Program-made: the position numbers and the translations under genes | Notes under the pieces: model-generated | Seen by the model: only the letters and a program-made list of their open reading frames with translations | Databases searched by the model: none | Told to the model about the DNA's origin: nothing | NCBI GenBank assembly: GCA_965261395.1 | Contig: OZ253462.1 | Location: 2,560,001 to 2,624,000 of the forward strand | Origin: Candidatus Latescibacterota bacterium | Lineage (GTDB): Bacteria > Latescibacterota > UBA2968 > UBA8231 | Length of the DNA: 64,000 bases | Reading direction: 5' to 3' | In this document: positions 58,399 through 64,000 of the stretch, piece after piece | Layout: the number at the start of each line of letters is the position of its first letter | Numbering within the stretch: the stretch's first letter is position 1

Positions 58399-59355
58399 TT
58401 AGGGATCGACGTTTAAGTGCCAGCGCAACTCGCCGGGCGAGGCCGCGTGCTGGTAAATCGGGTGCATCAATTCGCTGCGGTAGCGCGCAAAGAGCACGGG
58501 ATCAACAAAGCGCTGCGCCTGCGACCAGTCCCAATCTATATAAGTAAATGCCTTGATGTTGGGGTGGTGGCGCAAGAAGCGGAGGAAGGGGACAAACCAA
58601 TGGGGCCACGCTTGCTCGGCCCGGCCTAGGTCGGTGGTAACGGGCGTGACCACGCCGACGAGCACGGGGTAGCCACGCTCCTGCGCCGCCTCGACAAAGG
58701 CACGGCTGCGGCGCAGATATTGCGGCGCGGCCACGTCAATCGACCACCAATCGACGTACTCATCCCCTGGATAGTAGGCCAAGTAATCAGAGCCGCCGTC
58801 GTCCTTCTGCGTCCATACCAGCGCAACATGCTCCAAGCCCCAACGACCCCGCAGTGTTTGCGCTATCCGCCGCCAAGCCTCGATGTAATCGGTCGCCTCA
58901 TAGGCTCGCCAAGAGCTGTTGAACGCATAGCCCAATCTCAGCAGGACCGGGCGGTCTAGCTCCTGCAACCCCCAGCAGAGCCGCTCAATCGCCTCGTCGA
59001 GTTGGCCCTCGGCAATGGCCGCCTCATAGGGCTGGCCGACAGCGCTGAAACCGAGGTCAATTTGCGGCAGACCGTAGCCTGCATACTGGTCCAGATGCGT
59101 GCGCAACGTCAGATGCCAGTCGTAGGGCAGGTCGTGGAGTTCGTAGTACACGGCATAGACGAGCGGGCGCGTGCGTTCTTCGGGGTCGAGCGGCTCGAAG
59201 CTCAGCGCGGCCCCGTGCAAGATGCGCTCGCCGAGCGGCTCTAGGCGCTGGAAGTGGTCGGTGCGCGCGGCAAAGTGGCCTACGGGATCGGGCGCGAGCG
59301 AAGCCCCGTAACAGCCCGCAAGGGCGAGGGCGAGGAACAACAGCAAAGAGCGCAT
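58399..59355 (-). CDS. GH26-like lipoprotein, probably catalytically inactive
   Basis: Lipobox LAGC; LLRLGYAFN, YYPGDEYVDWW, YPVLVGVVTP, IKAFTYIDW. Confidence 0.7.
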   Translation of the reverse strand: MRSLLLFLALALAGCYGASLAPDPVGHFAARTDHFQRLEPLGERILHGAALSFEPLDPEERTRPLVYAVYYELHDLPYDWHLTLRTHLDQYAGYGLPQIDLGFSAVGQPYEAAIAEGQLDEAIERLCWGLQELDRPVLLRLGYAFNSSWRAYEATDYIEAWRRIAQTLRGRWGLEHVALVWTQKDDGGSDYLAYYPGDEYVDWWSIDVAAPQYLRRSRAFVEAAQERGYPVLVGVVTPVTTDLGRAEQAWPHWFVPFLRFLRHHPNIKAFTYIDWDWSQAQRFVDPVLFARYRSELMHPIYQHAASPGELRWHLNVDP

Positions 59356-59431
59356 AGTAGCAAACCTGTGAAGCGGCGGATGTTACAATATAGCGATTCT
59401 GAATGACTTGAACGATTCGAGATACGAATCG

Positions 59432-59487
59432 TCTTGTGCATCCTATTCTGCGTCTATCTGCGTCCATCTGCGGATCATCTTGTGCAT
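59432..59487. repeat. 10-nt-period repeat flanked by 10-bp direct repeats
   Basis: TCTTGTGCAT ... TCTGCGTCTA TCTGCGTCCA TCTGCGG ... TCTTGTGCAT. Confidence 0.7.
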
Positions 59488-59524
59488 GATTGAGGATTGC
59501 TATATCAGCATTTTGCGGCGGCAC

Positions 59525-60457
59525 TCAAAACCGCTCGCCAGCAGCGTGGAGCACGCCGAGCGCGTCGCAGGTGACGTGGAGATTGGGCCGGCTGCGGTTG
59601 GGCCGACCCCAATCGACCAGCGAGTCGTCGCCCTTGCCCATGCGCCCGACTCGGTAGTGTTTGCGCTCGGCTGGGAACGTGCCGTCGGCGAGTTGCTTCG
59701 ACTTGAGCAGGTCGAGCGCAGCGCGGCAACGCGCGTCGGCGAGTAGGGGCGACCGGCCGGTCGCCCCTACCTCGGCCATGACCTTGAGGCCAAAGAGGAA
59801 ATCGCAGTGCTCGTAGCAGGGATAGTGCAACGAGGCGCAGTCGGCACTCAGGGGGCTGCCATCGGGCTTTTGGTAGAGGTGGTGGGCGAGCAAGTGCTCG
59901 GCGAGGCGAGCGGCGGCATCGGCAGAGACGCAGTCAGCGCGGAGGCGGGCGTGCAGGGCGAGGCCGCGCAGGGCGGTGAGCGCTTGGCCGAAGGCAGCGG
60001 GACTGCGGCCCAATGCCTTGGGCAAGCTGCCCGCGAGGCGCTGAGCCAAGGCGTCGGCGCGGCCATCGTCGATCTCGAGGAAGAGCAAGTAGTACAGCGC
60101 ATTGCCCTCGATCGCACCGCAAATAGGCTCGGGGCGATTGGGATCCAAAAGCCATTCGCAAACTTGGTCGCGCAAGGCCCAGAGGCTTTTGTCTCCGGAC
60201 GCGGAGCCTAGATCGGCCAGCATGTAGAGCACCCAATGGGCACCGCGCCAGCGGTGACTCGGCGGCAGGGGGATGCGGCCCGCAGCATCCAACTCGGCCA
60301 ACAGGGTGCGGACCAAGACCGACTCGCGGATCTCGTCGCGGAGAATGCGAATCTCGCGCTCGCTGGGCGGGCGAGCCGAGACATTGAGGCGGATCTTGTA
60401 GCGCACGAAAGGCTCGTCCATTGCGGAGAGCGCGCGGGCGATGTGGGCAGTGGACAT
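59525..60457 (-). CDS. Hypothetical alpha-helical protein (prenyltransferase/terpene-cyclase-repeat-like)
   Basis: WRGAHWVL..LADLG, EGNALY, LHYPCY..CDFLFGLKVM, SKQLADGTFP. Confidence 0.6.
   Translation of the reverse strand: MSTAHIARALSAMDEPFVRYKIRLNVSARPPSEREIRILRDEIRESVLVRTLLAELDAAGRIPLPPSHRWRGAHWVLYMLADLGSASGDKSLWALRDQVCEWLLDPNRPEPICGAIEGNALYYLLFLEIDDGRADALAQRLAGSLPKALGRSPAAFGQALTALRGLALHARLRADCVSADAAARLAEHLLAHHLYQKPDGSPLSADCASLHYPCYEHCDFLFGLKVMAEVGATGRSPLLADARCRAALDLLKSKQLADGTFPAERKHYRVGRMGKGDDSLVDWGRPNRSRPNLHVTCDALGVLHAAGERF
59743..59770. repeat. Perfect 28-bp REP-like palindrome inside a CDS
   Basis: GTAGGGGCGACCGG|CCGGTCGCCCCTAC; same GTAGGGGC/GCCCCTAC ends as the intergenic REPs at 26870-26975. 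Confidence 0.85.
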
Positions 60458-60583
60458 AGGCTTTTGGACTCAGGAAGATGCGTTGGCGGCGAAAAAGGGC
60501 TTGTATATTGTTGTGCAATAGCAATCACAGAAGCAATAGTTTGCTTTGCCTAAGAGCTAATCCCCGAAAGCGACGGAGGACAA

Positions 60584-61639
60584 ATGCCCAAAACAAATAG
60601 AGGCTGGTCCATGGGCCGCCAGTGCAAACCGGCTGCTGAATACGACATGCGCGTCGCCCGCGGCTTGTTGCAACGAGAAAGCGCCGGCTGGCCAGCGTAT
60701 GCGATTGTGACCACGCCCAGCGCGTACGCAGCCGCCAAGGCCCACCTCGTACGCGAGCCAGAGGGCGTAGTCTTTGCCGAGTGGCTGGACTCGGCGCATC
60801 AGCAGGACCTCAGCGACCGGCTGCCAGCCGGGATCGAGTTGGTCATCGGCTTGGGCGGCGGCAAGGCCCTCGACGCTTCCAAGTTCGTGGCCCTCGACAA
60901 GGACGCCGAGCTGATCTTGGTGCCGACGATTCTCTCTTCCGGGGCGATCATCCACAGCCACGTAGCGCGGTGGGACGGCTATCAGACCGTGGGCGGTTTG
61001 GACGACTGGCCGTGGGTGGATTGCCAATACGTGCTCGTGGACGTCGATGTGGTCCTCGAGGCACCAGATTACCTGCACACCGCCGGGCTAGGCGACATCC
61101 TTTGCAGCCATGCGGGGCTGGAGGAGTGGCGGCAGCGGGCTGAGTTGGGGCAAGGGGCGGCGTTCGACCCGGCGCTGGCGGCACAGCAGGTGGCCCAGCA
61201 CGAATCAATCGCCAGTTCTTTTGCCGCAACGCTGGATCCCAACGGGCGGATGACGGAAGCGAGTGTGGCCAACATCGCGCAGCGGATTAAGGAGCGCGAT
61301 AGTCAGCATTTGAAGGCCCCCACAGCAAGCGGCGATCATCCGTTCTGGATCGCGTTGGAGACGGCCAACCAACAAACTTGGATCCACGGCGAGCTAGTGG
61401 CCCTGGGGGCGATGATCATCGCGTGGTGCTGCGCGGGGGATACCGCGGGGTTGGCGCAGCGGCTGGATTGTTGTCGGGTGCGCTGGCGGCCTAGGCAAAT
61501 GGGTCTGGAGCGCGTGGCACTACAAAAGGGGCTGGCGTTTGCGCCGCGCTACATGGCGGAGAAGGGCGTCAACTCGGTGCTGCGAGAGCCGATTGAAGGG
61601 GCGCGGTTCGACGCGTTGTGGAGCTTTCTAGAAGCATAG
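60584..61639 (+). CDS. Fe-ADH / glycerol-1-phosphate dehydrogenase-like oxidoreductase
   Basis: GLGGGKALDASK, VPTILSS, AGLGD, HGELVALG; start may be at 60611. Confidence 0.78.
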   Translation: MPKTNRGWSMGRQCKPAAEYDMRVARGLLQRESAGWPAYAIVTTPSAYAAAKAHLVREPEGVVFAEWLDSAHQQDLSDRLPAGIELVIGLGGGKALDASKFVALDKDAELILVPTILSSGAIIHSHVARWDGYQTVGGLDDWPWVDCQYVLVDVDVVLEAPDYLHTAGLGDILCSHAGLEEWRQRAELGQGAAFDPALAAQQVAQHESIASSFAATLDPNGRMTEASVANIAQRIKERDSQHLKAPTASGDHPFWIALETANQQTWIHGELVALGAMIIAWCCAGDTAGLAQRLDCCRVRWRPRQMGLERVALQKGLAFAPRYMAEKGVNSVLREPIEGARFDALWSFLEA

Positions 61640-61665
61640 GGCCAGCTCTTCGGCGATAAAAAATA

Positions 61666-61694
61666 GCCCCTACCGCAGCCTTCGCGGCAAGGGC
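61666..61694. terminator. Hairpin between convergent genes
   Basis: GCCCCTACCGC...GCGGCAAGGGC imperfect stem with an A-run on its left. Confidence 0.4.
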
Positions 61695-61720
61695 CAAATG
61701 CAGCGCGCAATCCCTGCGTC

Positions 61721-64000
61721 CTAGATGTGCAGCCAATAGTTGAACTTCACCAAGAAAATATTGGTCCCCTCGTCCACCAAGCTGCGCCGCAGGTTGTACC
61801 CGGGGCGAAACGCGCCCAAGTCGGAGTCGTCGTGGCGGAACTGCGACCAGACGATGAACAGGGTACTACCCGGCTTGTACTCCCAACGCAGCACGGCGTT
61901 GCTGTGCAGCGAGCGGTTGCGGAAATCAGGGTTTTCCTCTGGGCCGGGATGTGCGACAAACGAGTAGGAGAGCGGTCGATCCAGCTCCTTGAAGTTGGCG
62001 TACTGGCCCGCACTAATAAAAGGCTGGACATAAAACTCCAAGCTCAAGTCGCGGCTGAAGAGGATGTTGGCCCGCGTCGTCAGATCGAGGGTTTGGTTGT
62101 CTAGCTCCCCGTACACGAATTGATCGTCTTCGCCGTCGGCGTTCGCATCGAAGTTTTCGACCCATTGGGCATCGCTGAAACCCCAGCTATAGCGCGGCCG
62201 CAGGCTGATCTCAAACCGCGAAGTAGGCCGGATGCGGATGCTGCCGGAGACCTCGCGGTGGGTGCTGCCGGCCGAGTTGCCCTCCCACTCGTACTCGACC
62301 CAGCCGCTGACCATGAAGCGGTCGTCGCTTTCCAACTCAATCTCAAAGCCGTCGCTTGCCGGCCTCGCGATTAGGGGGCCGCCGCGGGTGTCGAGGTCGT
62401 CAAAGGACCGCCACATGTGGGAGTAGTCGATGTGGACCCACCAGTAGTTTTTGAGCTGATGGTGGGTGTTGAAGTCAAAGCCGTTTTGCAGGCTGGTGCG
62501 GTCGAAGTTCCACGTGCCCCAGCGATTGAAGTTGTAGAAATTGCGGCGGAAGATGGCCCAGTCTTCTTCCTTGCGCAGTTGGATCCAGAGCCAGGGGTTG
62601 TAGAAGTCGCTGCGCCATTGGAAGCCAAGGTCGTCGATCTCGAAATGCCGCGAATAGGCCTCCCACCAAAGCTCGCCGCGCAACCAGCCGCTGTCCTTGC
62701 TCAAAACCGCCATATTGCCCAAACCGCCGCGGCGCTGGTCATCTACCGTGGCGCGGCTGCCGGCGAGCTGGCCCCAAAAGGTGTAGCCGTTGTCGCGCCA
62801 CTTGAGGGTCCAATCCACGCCGCCAGTATAGGCGCCTCGCGCGCGGTCGCGCTGCACGGCCGTGCCCAAGAGGCCGATGTGCGAGTTGCCGGTAAAGAGA
62901 TCCTGCTTGACGCGACCGACGAGGAAGTGGGTGCGCGGCTCAACGAGAAAGTCGCTGCGCTCTTGGAATTCCTCGCCGGACACCTCGCGCACCATGGTCG
63001 TCCCAATGCGCGCGTACTCCTTGGCGGTAAGCGCCGTCAGCAGGCCAAAGGTGGTCTTAGACGCGGTCTTGCCCGTCAGCTTAGCCGCGCCCAGAATGGT
63101 AGTGGACTCGCTCTCGTTGAGGGCATCGTGGCCGTCGGGCAGCGAGTGATAGCCGGGCTGGCGGCCGATGCGCCGCGAGTAGAACAGGTCAATTGGAGTG
63201 TCGAAGGTCTCGCCATCCTCCACGAAGAAGGGACGACGCTCTTCCTGGAACGTCTCAAAGACCGAGAGGTTGAGTTCGGCCGGGTCGGCTTCCACTTGGC
63301 CGAAATCCGGGTTGAGCGTGGCGTTGAGCGAGGTGCTCGACGACAGCCCGTAGCGCAAGTCCGCGCCGGCATTGCCGAATAATTCACGCGCATCCGCATA
63401 GGTAGAACGTCCTACCGAGTAGGGCAACAGCTCCAGCGCGCGCGTAGATTCGATGTCCGCTAAGCCCTCTAAATGGGCAAAGCGCGAGACCGAGCCGCTT
63501 TCCTTGCGCGGAACCATGACCCAGAAATCCTGTTCCTTCTTGCGGCTGATGTAGCGGGCGACATTGATGCCCCAGTCCCCGCCGCTGCTAAAGCGGAGGT
63601 TGTGGAACGGGATCGCAAACTCCACGCTCCATCCCTTGTCGCCGATGATATGCGCGGATTCCCACACGCCGTTCCAAGTGTCGTTGTCCCAACCATAATC
63701 CTTGATTACAGCGTCGTAGATCGACCCGCCGGCATACACCGCAAAGTCGTAGCCCGTCTGGTGGTCGTGATGCGTGTCTAAGCTGACTCGAATCCAATCG
63801 GCTTCGGTCCACTGGTCGCGGCGCACCAAGCGCGAGACGATCTTTTCGGGTGCCGAATCGTAGGCCATGATCCCCACGTAGAGCGCCTCGTCGTCGTACG
63901 CCAACTGTACGGTGGTCTTTTCACTCGCTGGCTGCCCCTCCACAGGCTCGCGCTGGACGAAGCCCGTAAAGGTCGGGGCCTGCTGCCACACTAGGTCGTC
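61721..64000 (-). CDS. CBM9-like + DUF5916 outer-membrane-type protein; 5' end outside window
   Basis: AYDDEALY, GWSVEFAIPF, LNPDFGQVEAD, ERRPFFVE, FYSRRIG, VLRWEYKPGSTLFIVW, C-terminal KFNYW. Confidence 0.82.
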   Translation of the reverse strand, partial: DDLVWQQAPTFTGFVQREPVEGQPASEKTTVQLAYDDEALYVGIMAYDSAPEKIVSRLVRRDQWTEADWIRVSLDTHHDHQTGYDFAVYAGGSIYDAVIKDYGWDNDTWNGVWESAHIIGDKGWSVEFAIPFHNLRFSSGGDWGINVARYISRKKEQDFWVMVPRKESGSVSRFAHLEGLADIESTRALELLPYSVGRSTYADARELFGNAGADLRYGLSSSTSLNATLNPDFGQVEADPAELNLSVFETFQEERRPFFVEDGETFDTPIDLFYSRRIGRQPGYHSLPDGHDALNESESTTILGAAKLTGKTASKTTFGLLTALTAKEYARIGTTMVREVSGEEFQERSDFLVEPRTHFLVGRVKQDLFTGNSHIGLLGTAVQRDRARGAYTGGVDWTLKWRDNGYTFWGQLAGSRATVDDQRRGGLGNMAVLSKDSGWLRGELWWEAYSRHFEIDDLGFQWRSDFYNPWLWIQLRKEEDWAIFRRNFYNFNRWGTWNFDRTSLQNGFDFNTHHQLKNYWWVHIDYSHMWRSFDDLDTRGGPLIARPASDGFEIELESDDRFMVSGWVEYEWEGNSAGSTHREVSGSIRIRPTSRFEISLRPRYSWGFSDAQWVENFDANADGEDDQFVYGELDNQTLDLTTRANILFSRDLSLEFYVQPFISAGQYANFKELDRPLSYSFVAHPGPEENPDFRNRSLHSNAVLRWEYKPGSTLFIVWSQFRHDDSDLGAFRPGYNLRRSLVDEGTNIFLVKFNYWLHI

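Overview
GC-rich bacterial window with no rRNA and no CRISPR array. It carries two complete type I restriction-modification loci (6.0-14.9 kb on +; 44.0-57.5 kb on -), each with accessory cargo between hsdS and hsdR, plus many intact or decayed toxin-antitoxin modules. Housekeeping and metabolic genes include aspS, glcB, a DEAD-box helicase, a cold-shock protein, tRNA-Glu(CTC), five PhyH-family dioxygenases, amidohydrolases, SDRs and glycoside-hydrolase-like genes. The PhyH/amidohydrolase richness resembles Latescibacterota/Poribacteria-type marine bacteria (inference only). Many genes are broken by deletions or frameshifts. Most notable observations: (1) an unannotated leader peptide with four tandem Asn codons and a terminator/antiterminator pair upstream of a probably non-discriminating aspS, i.e. 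a candidate Asn-tRNA-sensing attenuator; (2) a type I RM locus with a PtuA/PtuB-like ATPase+HNH pair in the prrC position and an HsdR fused to an apparently intact LexA-type S24 autoprotease; (3) a second RM locus with an RxxxxH-motif DUF4209-like cargo and a cassette flanked by a duplicated hsdM 3' end; (4) a perfect 28-bp REP-like palindrome inside a coding sequence; (5) a miniaturised IS200/IS605 element; (6) a GH26-like lipoprotein lacking both catalytic glutamates. Family assignments come from motif recognition by eye; no database search was run.
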